Position numbers and translations under genes: made by a program. From a virus (lineage: Duplodnaviria > Caudoviricetes): DNA of 64,000 nt. Positions 40,726 to 51,131 of the stretch are shown here, in pieces. The first letter of the stretch is position 1; each line of letters opens with the position of its first letter. The stretch spans positions 64,001 through 128,000 of IMG/VR virus record IMGVR_UViG_3300026549_000895; one strand, 5' to 3'. The notes below the pieces were generated by a model. The model did no database searches and was not told the DNA's origin. It was given only the letters and a program-made list of their open reading frames with translations.

Positions 40726-41142
40726 ATGAAACCATCTATCGAAGAGCGTATGCTGAGGCAGATTGGTAAGACACGTAAGTACAATGGTATGTTTGATGCT
40801 GCAGTAACATCTGTAGAAACAACTACTGCTACTACTTCCGTAGAGACCATGGATAATCAGTACACTGTTACCAAGGACCTTTTCAAGGTATACATCCAGT
40901 GCACAGATAACGATTATTCTACAATCATTGTTAGCATCGATTACGAAAATCAGCCGGGTGGATATACTCGTGTTGCTGATTTGTCAATCAATGCCGACGG
41001 TGTATACGAGGAGAATTATCATTCTATTCCTCGTCCGATCCGCACCACAGTATTCAATATCGTCAACAATGCCATTGATGACGTTATTGCATTCATTGAA
41101 GGATTCGATCCTGATGCTGATCCTTCTTCAAACGAAGAATAA
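40726..41142 (+). CDS. hypothetical protein
   Basis: 138-aa ORF with SD. Confidence 0.7.
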   Translation: MKPSIEERMLRQIGKTRKYNGMFDAAVTSVETTTATTSVETMDNQYTVTKDLFKVYIQCTDNDYSTIIVSIDYENQPGGYTRVADLSINADGVYEENYHSIPRPIRTTVFNIVNNAIDDVIAFIEGFDPDADPSSNEE

Positions 41143-41171
41143 TAAAAACGTTATTCTTACAAAAAGAAAGT

Positions 41172-41201
41172 TATATGGGCTCCCGTGAGGGAGCCCATAT
41201 A
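41172..41201. terminator. bidirectional terminator hairpin
   Basis: TATATGGGCTCCC-GTGA-GGGAGCCCATATA between convergent genes. Confidence 0.8.
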
Positions 41202-41212
41202 ATCTTTATTGC

Positions 41213-41483
41213 TTATTTTAAATCTTTCTTAAAGAGTCCTTCTTCGATTTTTCTCATTGGAGCAAGAGGCTCTTCATTGATAGAATCAATAAATTGCTGA
41301 TATGGAGATTTGCATGATTCTCCATATTCAGAAGCCATTTCCGTTTTCGGATGATGTATTTTCTGCTGGAGCTTCACGTACTGATCAACATATAACTCAT
41401 CGGTTGCTGAATTATATGTGACCTCGTAATATTTTCCGTCAGATAAATTTGTACTGATTGATTGTTACTAAATACTTATCCAT
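41213..41483 (-). pseudogene. frameshifted small phage gene (DUF6275-like motif)
   Basis: MDKYLVT + ISTNLSDGKYYEVTYN..YVDQY; frame broken by a 4-nt duplication at 41455..41462. Confidence 0.65.
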
Positions 41484-41485
41484 TT

Positions 41486-41920
41486 TTATCTCTCCTTTTT
41501 AAATATATTTTGAAAAAGCTGCCTAAAAGCCTCTTGTATTTCGTGAGTCTCTTCCCATATCTTCGGAGTTGATCGAAATCCAACTACTGGAGCTTTTGCA
41601 TCCGAGATATACATATTGCATATCATCAGACCATCATAACATACTTCAATGAATCTCTCATGGAAGGAAACACGAAGTGTTATTTTCCTATGTGTTTTAT
41701 CAATAGAATAGTCGTCGAAGATTCTTATGAAGACATCTTCATTTCTGTCCCATTCGGTTTTATATTCATATTTATTAGAAAGATATCTTTCCACATAACC
41801 TGCAAGAAGTGCGAAGTTATTTTTAACTTCGCATGGAATATCATAATTAGAATTGAAAATCCAGTCATATGCGGTCATCTGAATTAGATAATCAATCTTC
41901 TTTTTCTTCGGCATTGTCAT
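41486..41920 (-). CDS. hypothetical protein
   Basis: Start after AGGAGG (MTMPKKKK). Confidence 0.65.
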   Translation of the reverse strand: MTMPKKKKIDYLIQMTAYDWIFNSNYDIPCEVKNNFALLAGYVERYLSNKYEYKTEWDRNEDVFIRIFDDYSIDKTHRKITLRVSFHERFIEVCYDGLMICNMYISDAKAPVVGFRSTPKIWEETHEIQEAFRQLFQNIFKKER

Positions 41921-42389
41921 CACCTCCTTCATCAAACGAATATGACCATTTACCATCTTTATCGGTAATACCAGAAACATTGAATTGAAGACAGATATTC
42001 TTAAGCATCTCAATCATATCATCTTCTTCTAAGTCCCTGATAGTAACATCAGAAAAACCGAATTCGTTCTTAGTAATGGAGACATCAAGTGCTTTGCTCG
42101 GGCATCTGACATCAACAACTTTAGGCTCTTCTTTTTCTTTGTACCAATCTTCGGTCAGTTCGAAAACCATTTCGATTTCAGACTTTATACCCATTCTTAT
42201 TACTTCAGCTTCTAAAATGGAATCCTTCAAGAAACATTTAGGCTTGAAATCAGAACTGAACGAGCATACTGTTTCCTTTTCCGAACCGTCCAAATAGTTA
42301 TAGATTTCATAATCAACAAGAGTGAATGTCGTATTTTCTTCTCTTGCAGAACGCATGATAGCTAATAACTCTTTAAGTTTCATTGTCAT
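41892..42389 (-). CDS. hypothetical protein
   Basis: 165-aa ORF. Confidence 0.7.
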   Translation of the reverse strand: MTMKLKELLAIMRSAREENTTFTLVDYEIYNYLDGSEKETVCSFSSDFKPKCFLKDSILEAEVIRMGIKSEIEMVFELTEDWYKEKEEPKVVDVRCPSKALDVSITKNEFGFSDVTIRDLEEDDMIEMLKNICLQFNVSGITDKDGKWSYSFDEGGDDNAEEKED

Positions 42390-42850
42390 CTCTCCTTTTC
42401 ATCTATTATTACAGGATTGCCATTTTCATCATATCCCCAGTTGTCGAATCTGTGATCAAGAGTCTTTATATTATAATGAATCAATTTTAATCCATTAACG
42501 AGCTCATTATATAATTCGACGGAAACTTCTTTATTTGCGAATCTCGCAGTGTACCAGTCCTTCATAGCCTTCCGGAATACTGATGACAACTCAATTTCTT
42601 TATGAAATGAAGGCCATGATTTGAATCCTTGTAAATCAACCAGAGTTGTAGATGAATCATCCACAAGATCTTTGGTGACAAGATTCCAGATGTTTTTGAG
42701 AATCTGATATTTGGAACCTCTACCGCTATATACGATTACTCCTATCATGGCGATTAACCGATTCCAACACCAATCGATGTCATCTCCGGTTATAAACTTC
42801 TCATATTCTTCCGGGATTTCCATGGTGTAATCTTTTAATTGAATCTTCAT
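42386..42850 (-). CDS. hypothetical protein
   Basis: 154-aa ORF. Confidence 0.7.
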   Translation of the reverse strand: MKIQLKDYTMEIPEEYEKFITGDDIDWCWNRLIAMIGVIVYSGRGSKYQILKNIWNLVTKDLVDDSSTTLVDLQGFKSWPSFHKEIELSSVFRKAMKDWYTARFANKEVSVELYNELVNGLKLIHYNIKTLDHRFDNWGYDENGNPVIIDEKER

Positions 42851-42852
42851 AA

Positions 42853-44277
42853 TTAATCTTCCTTTCTCAGAATTTCCAGAACTTCATCATATGATTTCTC
42901 ACATACGATTTCATTTTGCAATTCTGCAATCAATAGATCTGTGTTCACTTTCATATCATCTGGGATATGTTTTCCGAAATGATAAAACATAAACTGATCG
43001 TATTCATTTCTACCTGGACGATCAATATGAATCATCTTATCAATTCGACCCGGTCTGATAAGTGCTGGATCCAGATGATCGATATGATTTGTTGTAAAGA
43101 TATAGATGACATTTTCCAGATTGGAAACACCATCAATAGTATTTAGAACCTCTGACAATGATACGTTTATTTTTCCAAATGAACGACGCATGTAATCTGA
43201 CTCATCGTCTTCATATGATATTTCAGAGACTTCAACTGTAGGTCCTTCCTTCTTATCAAAGATTTTATCTTCTCTTTTCTGAAGATATGTCGCGTCTATG
43301 TCTTCAATGACAATCATACGAGGTTTCATTGACATCTCGTATGCTTCATTGCGAACTCCAGGAAGATCCCCGACGTTCTTCAGATACAATGGAGAATTAA
43401 CATTGTTCTTATACTTCTCAATGTATTCAGTTATCAGAGCTCTGATAAGAGTTGATTTACCAGTTCCAGGAGGTCCGTACAGAAGAATTCCATAATGATA
43501 TGGAACGAAATTCTTTTCATACCAAGCTTTTCGATTTACAAACGCATCAATCGAATTGATAAGATTCTCCTTTGTGGATGAATTCATAAACACGGTTTCC
43601 ATGGAACGCTTTCGCATCATCGTAGACTGAAAACCATTAAGCTGGATGAAGGCATTTTTGTCACCGTTCATCGTTTCCTTAGCCTTCTTCTGAATCACGT
43701 TCTTAAAGAATAACTTAAGATTTTTCTTATTCTCTTTGGTATTTGTAACCATCAGTACAAAATCACGTCTTCTCTGTTGAGTCGTGAAAACTGGTGCTGG
43801 GTCTGGGCAAAAAGCTCCACTTAAATCTCCATCATAGTCACCGGATGTAGATGCACCACATTGACCATTAAGATTATAAAGAAAGCTGGGTCGAAGCTTT
43901 ACAGCCTTCTTCTGTAATTTTTCTTCAGGATTTCTGTTTGATGGAGCAAGCAGTAAAATAGGCGTTCCGTGATATACAATAATCCTGAAAGGTTTATAAA
44001 TAGATCTTAACTTTTCAGAATTATCAAGATGAATGGTTCTTTTCTCATCCAGGAGGTACTCAAGTAATACACTGTGAATAGACTGCGTTGTCTGAGAAAA
44101 TGGAGGACCTACTTCGATAGTATATACGGTAGCTTTCTTTACAGAATCTTTCAGACTCTGTAATGCCCAGTTCTCTGCTTCTGTTACTGCATCGAAAATT
44201 GACTGACCGACGCATGCTTCGAATGCATATTTTATTGCGGCTTTTGTAAATGCCTTTCTTTTTTCTTTCTTTGTCAT
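42853..44277 (-). CDS. AAA+ ATPase, BCS1-like
   Basis: GILLYGPPGTGKS, IVIEDID, LSEVLNTIDG, TTNHIDHLDPALIRPGRID. Confidence 0.88.
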   Translation of the reverse strand: MTKKEKRKAFTKAAIKYAFEACVGQSIFDAVTEAENWALQSLKDSVKKATVYTIEVGPPFSQTTQSIHSVLLEYLLDEKRTIHLDNSEKLRSIYKPFRIIVYHGTPILLLAPSNRNPEEKLQKKAVKLRPSFLYNLNGQCGASTSGDYDGDLSGAFCPDPAPVFTTQQRRRDFVLMVTNTKENKKNLKLFFKNVIQKKAKETMNGDKNAFIQLNGFQSTMMRKRSMETVFMNSSTKENLINSIDAFVNRKAWYEKNFVPYHYGILLYGPPGTGKSTLIRALITEYIEKYKNNVNSPLYLKNVGDLPGVRNEAYEMSMKPRMIVIEDIDATYLQKREDKIFDKKEGPTVEVSEISYEDDESDYMRRSFGKINVSLSEVLNTIDGVSNLENVIYIFTTNHIDHLDPALIRPGRIDKMIHIDRPGRNEYDQFMFYHFGKHIPDDMKVNTDLLIAELQNEIVCEKSYDEVLEILRKED

Positions 44278-44313
44278 AATTTTACTCCTTTTTGATTTAT
44301 TCAGTTTCCCGGG

Positions 44314-44580
44314 TTATTCCCGGGAAACCAATCTTTTTACAAATTCATCCAAGGCTTCATTGAAGCTCTTGTCAAACTTTTCTTTTGCATGGTCATAGAT
44401 CGATTTATCATCAATCTTTTTATTTCCATATTCGATAATAGTGTGTACCTGAAAGCGATCATCTTCGTTCAGTTCAATGTCAAATATTAAACCAAACTTG
44501 GCGATAGTTAGAGTATTGCAGAAAACATAAAATCTCCCATCTGTCGGTTCTGGTGATAATTGTGCTTTAGTTATTTTCAT
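44314..44580 (-). CDS. hypothetical protein
   Basis: 88-aa ORF behind the shared leader. Confidence 0.65.
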   Translation of the reverse strand: MKITKAQLSPEPTDGRFYVFCNTLTIAKFGLIFDIELNEDDRFQVHTIIEYGNKKIDDKSIYDHAKEKFDKSFNEALDEFVKRLVSRE

Positions 44581-44590
44581 AATAAACTTT

Positions 44591-44620
44591 CCTTTCTGAT
44601 ATCAATTGTAGGAAGATATC
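44591..44620 (-). repeat. 30-bp identical leader with RBS, copy 1
   Basis: GATATCTTCCTACAATTGATATCAGAAAGG, also at 57280..57309. Confidence 0.9.
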
Positions 44621-44635
44621 CTTTCCTTATTTTAT

Positions 44636-44650
44636 CATAATAAAAATATA
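44636..44650 (-). promoter_or_regulatory. putative early promoter TATATTTTTATTATG
   Basis: Motif copy. Confidence 0.6.
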
Positions 44651-44673
44651 CATATGAAATGATGAAACCTTAA

Positions 44674-44685
44674 AACGCAACCATA
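44674..44685 (+). promoter_or_regulatory. putative late promoter AACG-N6-TA
   Basis: AACGCAACCATA upstream of the tail fibre gene. Confidence 0.5.
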
Positions 44686-44726
44686 AGCCTCTTAATTTAT
44701 TACATGACGAAAGGAGAATTTTCATA

Positions 44727-47700
44727 ATGGCAAGATTAGAAGAATTTGATGATGTTCAGCTTGACGTTGAATTTACACAAGCTGGCACAAGATCAAATAT
44801 TACATCAAATGAAAATATAGCAATATCATTCGGCAAAATTGCCAAATGGTACGAAGCATTGGTACCCACTGGTGGATCAAGCGGTCAATTCTTAGGATTC
44901 AATTCTTCAGGTACTGCAAAGTGGGTTTCTAATCCAAATGTAGATGAAAAAGTAAAAGCTACTAAATTAGCTCAGTCTACTGCTGATGCAAGTTATTATC
45001 CAACGCTGGTAGCAGGTGAAGGAACTGCAGGTGTTAGTATATTTGATTCAGCAAAAATTAATCATACCAAAGGTACTACATCGGCTGTTGGTAATACACG
45101 TTTGATATTGGGTAATGCAACAAACGAAGGTACTACAAACAACGAAGAAGGTTTGTTAAGAATATATTCACCTGGTACAAAGTATCATACTCTCAAAGGT
45201 GCAAAAATAACAACTGACAACGTTGATCATACATTACCAACAACAGGTGGTACTATTTTAAATACAGGAACAACTTCCTTTACGCAAACATTGTCATCCG
45301 GTACAAAAATTGGTACTATTAAAATCAATGGAACCTCGTCAGATATCTATGCTCCAACGGATACTGATACAAAAGTAACTGATACTGTCGGAACTGCAAA
45401 TACTTATTATCCCGCGGGTGGAACTTCAACTTCTACAGCAACTGGAACACAAGTATTTGATACTTCTTTAAAGTTTATTGGAACAACCGGTTCCACATCT
45501 GCTGTTGGTAAAGCTCAGCTTGTTCTGGGTAATGCAACCGCTTCTGGTACAGCAAACAATAAACAAGGTTCTATTGTTGTTTATGGTTCAACGGCATATG
45601 CTCATACTATACAAGGAGCACCAACTGCGGCAAGAACTCTAACATTACCTGACAAAACAGGTACATTTGCACTCACAAGTGATATACCTTCTGTTCCAAC
45701 GGTAAATGATGCTGCGTTAACATTGAAAGGTGCTGGAACAACGGTAACGACATTTACAGCAAATGCATCATCCGCTAAATCGCTTGATATTGTTGCGGGT
45801 TCAAATGTTACTGTAACTGCAGATGCAACTAATGCAAAAATATCGATTGCAGCATCACATCCAACAATCACAAAATCAACAGATACAACATCAACTGCAT
45901 CACCCGCACATGGTGGGACATTTACAGTTGTCGATTCTATTACCCGTGAAGCCAATGGCCATGTTACAAAAATAAATACAAAAACTGTCACATTGCCAGC
46001 TGATTCTAATACAGATACGAAAGTAACCCAATCACAGACTACCACAACAAATTATCGTCCAATATTGTTTGGTGCAAAGGATTCTACGGACATTTCAACA
46101 TTGGCGAATACAGTAACAGATCAAGCATATACATCAACAAAAATGTTTGCTAAACCGGATACTGGAAATCTATATGCATCAGGATTTTCAACATCGAGTT
46201 ACATAAACGGAACTGGAGCACAATTAAATCAGTATGGATTATATTTAAAATCATATAAATCAGCATCATTGCCAGCAGGTGGTAATTACAGTTATGCGGA
46301 ATATGCTATAAGAGTATACGATGGAAAAGCTACAGATAATAATGGAATGCTACTGACAATAGATGGTGGCGGACTAACAATAGTTGGTGGTGGCGAATCT
46401 GCAAAATCTTTAGCAGCTCTTATATCCGATGATCAGCGAGATTCAAATACATCAAGGACAAGACTGAATGTTGGTGGAACGCTGAATACGGCATATCATG
46501 GATCCGAAGAACAACTTATACTTTCATCAGATAATAATATATACTTCTTAACGACTTGCCAAACTATCGCCAATAGAAAACCGGTTGTATTAGATGTGAA
46601 TTCATATTTTTATCCGGGTACAACAAAGACTGGTTCAATCGGTACTTCGTCATATATGTGGAATTCAGTTTATGCTGCGACAATATATGAGAACGGTACA
46701 TCATTAGCGAGCAAGTATGCAGCTATAGGTCATACACATACAACGACAATAGCTGCTGATTCAGGTACGAATCAACTTACATTAGCAGCAAGCACAAAGT
46801 ATAAGTTGACTACAGGTGGAACTAATTTCATTTTCACAACTCCTCCAAATACTACTTATTCAGCCGGAACAGGATTGTCTCTATCAGGAACAACTTTCAA
46901 TCATTCTAATTCTGTAACAGCCGTAACGTCGGCAGTTTTCAAAAAGATAACATATGATGCTCAAGGTCATATAACGGGAACTGCTAATGTGACTGCTTCG
47001 GATATCCCATCGCATACTCATTCTTATTTACCACTCTCAGGCACTACGATAAACAATCCAAACACATCCTCGGTATCTTTCACCAATGGAATGACCGGAA
47101 ACATATTGTTCGCAAATACTGGAAACACAAATGGTGTTGCACGAGGTATAGGTGGTATTGTTGGTACGACCGATTCATGGTCTGTTAGAGGATATCAGAC
47201 GGGTGAGAATAAAGGTTGCCTTGAAATATCCGTCGGTGATGACGGTGATGAAGGTATATATGTTCGTCAATATACATCAGGAGCGTATAAAGCAACATTC
47301 TCTAATAATGCTGGTTCTGCAAGCGGTCTTACTTATCGAGAACTCGTACTGATGGCGCCAAGCACAGGAGCGTCCACATTCCCTTCTGATGTAACACTTT
47401 CTGGTGGTAGGCTATATCTATCCGGAAGTCCTGGAAACTATGGTCAGCTCAATTTGAAATCCGCATCATACAATGTTATGTTCCGTAATGACAACGCGAA
47501 CACATATATCCTACTAACAGCACAAGGTGATCCCGACGGAGCATGGACATCTTCAAGACCATTGACAATAAATAATTCAACAGGTATATGCTCAATCAAT
47601 GGTAATGCTGCTAATGTGACAGGTACTGTTGCTATAGCTCATGGTGGCACTGGAGCTACAAATAGATTAGCCGCTTTAAGAGCATTAACAGAGGAAAATG

Positions 47701-50700
47701 TTGGTACAAGTGCACAGTACTTCTTAACAATAACAGATAGCTGGGGTAAAGGTGGATATACAACAGTAGCAGATGCTAAAACTGTATTGGGATTGAAATC
47801 TGCTGCATATACAGCATCGACAGATTATCTATCATCATCTACAAAATATGCAGGTTCTTCATCAGCTGGCGGCGCGGCAACATCTGCGAATATATTAAAT
47901 AAAAATAATGCAGCTGGCGCTACGACGGCAGGTGTTCAATATGCGAACGGCCCGCTCACAGTAGGAACTGCTGATGGAAATGCTGTAGAGGGTAGTAATG
48001 GTTCATATAAATTATGGAGTTATCCGGCTGGTGGAACGGCTGTTGGAGGAGGAACGGCGAATATACAAAATCTTAGATTATATTGGTCATCCACATGGTT
48101 CAGAGATATATTCATATCACCAAATAATTATGATATATATCACAGGAGTGTAGCTGCAGGAACAGCACAGCCTTGGAGAAAAGTATTAGATTCCGGTAAC
48201 TACACATCATATACTCTTCCAAGAAATATCAAGCATATTCATACAGCCAGTGGAACGGAAGGATCTGCCGGATGGGTAAAGATTGCGAGAATAACCGTAA
48301 CAGCGGATTATCCAAATCACCCAATGACATTCACAATTGCGCAACGCGGCGTAATGCAATATCGAATACATTTAGTATTGAAGAACTACCGTGTTGCATC
48401 TGCGGCAATTTCTGAATTTATTATAGCCAGAGATAATTCATGGACAGATACCAATAATAATCCTCGAGCTTATATTATAAAACCATCTGATGGTATTTTT
48501 GATCTGTATATTAGAAAAATAGAAGCATGGGATCATATATTTGTTGTTGATTTTACGAAGGCCGATGGTAGTGAGGGTGACAATTATTCAGTTACTTGGA
48601 CAAATGTTCATGCAGCTGATTCTGAAATAACAGGTGGAACAGAAGCTGTTAAAAAATTATATCTTCTGACAACAACAAACTATGCTGGTTCATCATCGGT
48701 TGGTGGTGCCGCTACATCTGCGAATAAACTTAATACAAATGCCGGTGCAACAAATCGACCTGTATATTTTTCTGGTGGTGTTCCTGTTCAATGTGATGCA
48801 CCAGAATCAAAAACATGGTTTAAAGGTGTCCCATCAATAGGAACTAATGGTGTTATGGAAGTTGGTCGCTATTTTGATATGCATTCAACAAATACTGGAA
48901 CGAGCGACTATGATGTGAGACTTGACGCTTCTGGTGTTTCATCTTTCAGATTCACTTTTAACACACCAGCGAGTAGCTCGATTGCTCCATCAACAAACAA
49001 TCAGACATCTTTGGGAACTTCATCCCTCAAATGGTCGAATGTATATGCTACAACATTTTATGGTGCTTTATCCGGAAACGCTTCAACTGCAACAAAACTG
49101 GAAACAGCAAGAAACATTGCGTTGGCGGAAGATTTCGCCGGAAGTGCAAATTTTGACGGCAGTGGTAATATATCAATCTCTGGCACCTTCTACCGTTGCT
49201 CAGCATCCAGCAATAATACTGCCAATTATCCATGGCATCGTATAGCATACAGAACAGGTGTTACTGGCAGTTATAATGATACAGATGCCATTTTCATGAT
49301 AAGAGCATGCTATAATAGTGGCCCATTCGGTATAATTAAAGTTGCAATGAGAACAAATGGACCCGGAACTAACTGTCAAGTTGCAGCACGTTGGCTTGTT
49401 AGACAAAATATTGCTGCGGACGATGTGTATATTGCACAATGGGGAAAAACCGGTCAATCAGTATATGCGGATATATTCTTAAAAGGAACAACATATAATC
49501 GAGCATACGTGTATCAAATTGCTGGTAGTAGATGGTGGACTCTTGTTAATAGTGCTGAAGCAATTGATACAACAACCAGTGATAAGAAAACAAGTACTGA
49601 AGTATATGCGAGTATTGCAGCAGCTGGAACTACACTTCATAATCAAGCATATACACAAACCGTAGCGGGCATTGATGAAGGTCATGTTAATTCAGCAAAT
49701 AGTGCCGCATATGCAACGCGTGCGAACTATCTTGATGTTGTTGCTGGTAATGAAGTTCGGTTTTACAATAATAATCAATTTAAAGAGGCTCGTCATTTTT
49801 GGTTAGGCTATTCTTGGGCTGATGGTTCACATTACACACCATCCGGTGGAAGCGACACGAGTTCAACAACCGCTCCCAATATAACAAAATTCGTCATGGG
49901 TGATTGTTCAGGAGGAGGTCTTACAAGCGTACATGCTAAAACATTTATATTAGGCAATGGGTCATCTCCTACGTTTAGCTCAAAAACAACAACAATTACT
50001 ACAGCTGCAACTACAACCGATAGAACAATAACACTTCCTGATGATTCTGGTACTGTCGCTTTAACGTCTAAAACATTTAATGTGACTCGAGGATCTTCAA
50101 AATCGACTGCAACAACTGGTTATTGGGCTGCTATGTGTAATTCAACACAAGCAGGATCGCCGACATTACCAACAGCTGTAAAATGGTGGCATGTAATATC
50201 GATGGATTGGACCAATAATGATACCAATAATTGGATATCTCAATTAGCTATTGCAACACAAGATGGAAGTGGCGTTTGGTGGAGACGAAATAATGCCAGT
50301 GGAACATCTATAGATTCATCTTCGTGGCATAGGCTTGCAGAAGGAAATTCTTCTGGCGCTGCAACGAATATCGCGACAGAAGTTGAAAGTTCAGCTGGTG
50401 CTCGCCCTGTATTCTATGCATATCTGGGTGATAATACTCGTGTTGTATATAATACAAATTTCACATATAATCCATCCGGTAATGTATTAAAAGCAACAAC
50501 ATTTGATGGCGAAATAACAACTCTTGCATTCCATAACAGAATATATGCTCTTTCTCAAACACCGTCAGGTTCTACTTGGAATGGCAATGAAACATTAATA
50601 ACCTCAATTCCAAGTTCGTCCGGAACTTCGACTCCAAGCTATCAGCGTGTTAAAACAATCGATTTCGTCAAAGATTGTATTTCAGGTTTGAAGGAACCAG

Positions 50701-51080
50701 TTCTCTATGAGAATACAACCAATCCTTCGACAAGCACAACGATACAATTACCAAATGGAATTCCAAAATATCTCAAAGTATTCATTGGAGTAGAATATAG
50801 TAGTGACGGATCAACATACAGTGATTCAGCAGCTTGTATAAATTGTATTGATGTTGATATGGCTCACACCCACCACGGTGGCTTCATTGGTTATGATACA
50901 CCTGGTCAATCAGGAGTTGGAAACTATTTGGCATATTGCTATGTCAATGTAAAACAAAATACCGGAAGTACGACGGCGTATACAGTTGGTATTTCATATG
51001 CAAAATTCTTGAATTTAGCAACATCGGCAACCGTGCAAAATATTATCGCTCGTATCGTAAAAATAATAGCTGTGTACTAA
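44727..51080 (+). CDS. long mosaic tail fibre protein
   Basis: 2117 aa, T/S/G-rich; fibre motifs GNASTATKLETARNIAL, YDAQGHITG, YAGSSS.GGAATSAN (twice). Confidence 0.85.
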   Translation: MARLEEFDDVQLDVEFTQAGTRSNITSNENIAISFGKIAKWYEALVPTGGSSGQFLGFNSSGTAKWVSNPNVDEKVKATKLAQSTADASYYPTLVAGEGTAGVSIFDSAKINHTKGTTSAVGNTRLILGNATNEGTTNNEEGLLRIYSPGTKYHTLKGAKITTDNVDHTLPTTGGTILNTGTTSFTQTLSSGTKIGTIKINGTSSDIYAPTDTDTKVTDTVGTANTYYPAGGTSTSTATGTQVFDTSLKFIGTTGSTSAVGKAQLVLGNATASGTANNKQGSIVVYGSTAYAHTIQGAPTAARTLTLPDKTGTFALTSDIPSVPTVNDAALTLKGAGTTVTTFTANASSAKSLDIVAGSNVTVTADATNAKISIAASHPTITKSTDTTSTASPAHGGTFTVVDSITREANGHVTKINTKTVTLPADSNTDTKVTQSQTTTTNYRPILFGAKDSTDISTLANTVTDQAYTSTKMFAKPDTGNLYASGFSTSSYINGTGAQLNQYGLYLKSYKSASLPAGGNYSYAEYAIRVYDGKATDNNGMLLTIDGGGLTIVGGGESAKSLAALISDDQRDSNTSRTRLNVGGTLNTAYHGSEEQLILSSDNNIYFLTTCQTIANRKPVVLDVNSYFYPGTTKTGSIGTSSYMWNSVYAATIYENGTSLASKYAAIGHTHTTTIAADSGTNQLTLAASTKYKLTTGGTNFIFTTPPNTTYSAGTGLSLSGTTFNHSNSVTAVTSAVFKKITYDAQGHITGTANVTASDIPSHTHSYLPLSGTTINNPNTSSVSFTNGMTGNILFANTGNTNGVARGIGGIVGTTDSWSVRGYQTGENKGCLEISVGDDGDEGIYVRQYTSGAYKATFSNNAGSASGLTYRELVLMAPSTGASTFPSDVTLSGGRLYLSGSPGNYGQLNLKSASYNVMFRNDNANTYILLTAQGDPDGAWTSSRPLTINNSTGICSINGNAANVTGTVAIAHGGTGATNRLAALRALTEENVGTSAQYFLTITDSWGKGGYTTVADAKTVLGLKSAAYTASTDYLSSSTKYAGSSSAGGAATSANILNKNNAAGATTAGVQYANGPLTVGTADGNAVEGSNGSYKLWSYPAGGTAVGGGTANIQNLRLYWSSTWFRDIFISPNNYDIYHRSVAAGTAQPWRKVLDSGNYTSYTLPRNIKHIHTASGTEGSAGWVKIARITVTADYPNHPMTFTIAQRGVMQYRIHLVLKNYRVASAAISEFIIARDNSWTDTNNNPRAYIIKPSDGIFDLYIRKIEAWDHIFVVDFTKADGSEGDNYSVTWTNVHAADSEITGGTEAVKKLYLLTTTNYAGSSSVGGAATSANKLNTNAGATNRPVYFSGGVPVQCDAPESKTWFKGVPSIGTNGVMEVGRYFDMHSTNTGTSDYDVRLDASGVSSFRFTFNTPASSSIAPSTNNQTSLGTSSLKWSNVYATTFYGALSGNASTATKLETARNIALAEDFAGSANFDGSGNISISGTFYRCSASSNNTANYPWHRIAYRTGVTGSYNDTDAIFMIRACYNSGPFGIIKVAMRTNGPGTNCQVAARWLVRQNIAADDVYIAQWGKTGQSVYADIFLKGTTYNRAYVYQIAGSRWWTLVNSAEAIDTTTSDKKTSTEVYASIAAAGTTLHNQAYTQTVAGIDEGHVNSANSAAYATRANYLDVVAGNEVRFYNNNQFKEARHFWLGYSWADGSHYTPSGGSDTSSTTAPNITKFVMGDCSGGGLTSVHAKTFILGNGSSPTFSSKTTTITTAATTTDRTITLPDDSGTVALTSKTFNVTRGSSKSTATTGYWAAMCNSTQAGSPTLPTAVKWWHVISMDWTNNDTNNWISQLAIATQDGSGVWWRRNNASGTSIDSSSWHRLAEGNSSGAATNIATEVESSAGARPVFYAYLGDNTRVVYNTNFTYNPSGNVLKATTFDGEITTLAFHNRIYALSQTPSGSTWNGNETLITSIPSSSGTSTPSYQRVKTIDFVKDCISGLKEPVLYENTTNPSTSTTIQLPNGIPKYLKVFIGVEYSSDGSTYSDSAACINCIDVDMAHTHHGGFIGYDTPGQSGVGNYLAYCYVNVKQNTGSTTAYTVGISYAKFLNLATSATVQNIIARIVKIIAVY

Positions 51081-51094
51081 AACAAAAAAAATAT

Positions 51095-51121
51095 GTTGGA
51101 GCCCCATTACGGGGCTCCAAT
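51095..51121. terminator. bidirectional terminator
   Basis: TTGGAGCCCC-ATTAC-GGGGCTCCAA. Confidence 0.8.
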
Positions 51122-51131
51122 AACTTTTTGT

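Noticed and set aside
47263-47273. 11-nt match to predicted TnpB guide B in the tail fibre gene
   Set aside because: Too short and AT-rich; plausible by chance in 64 kb
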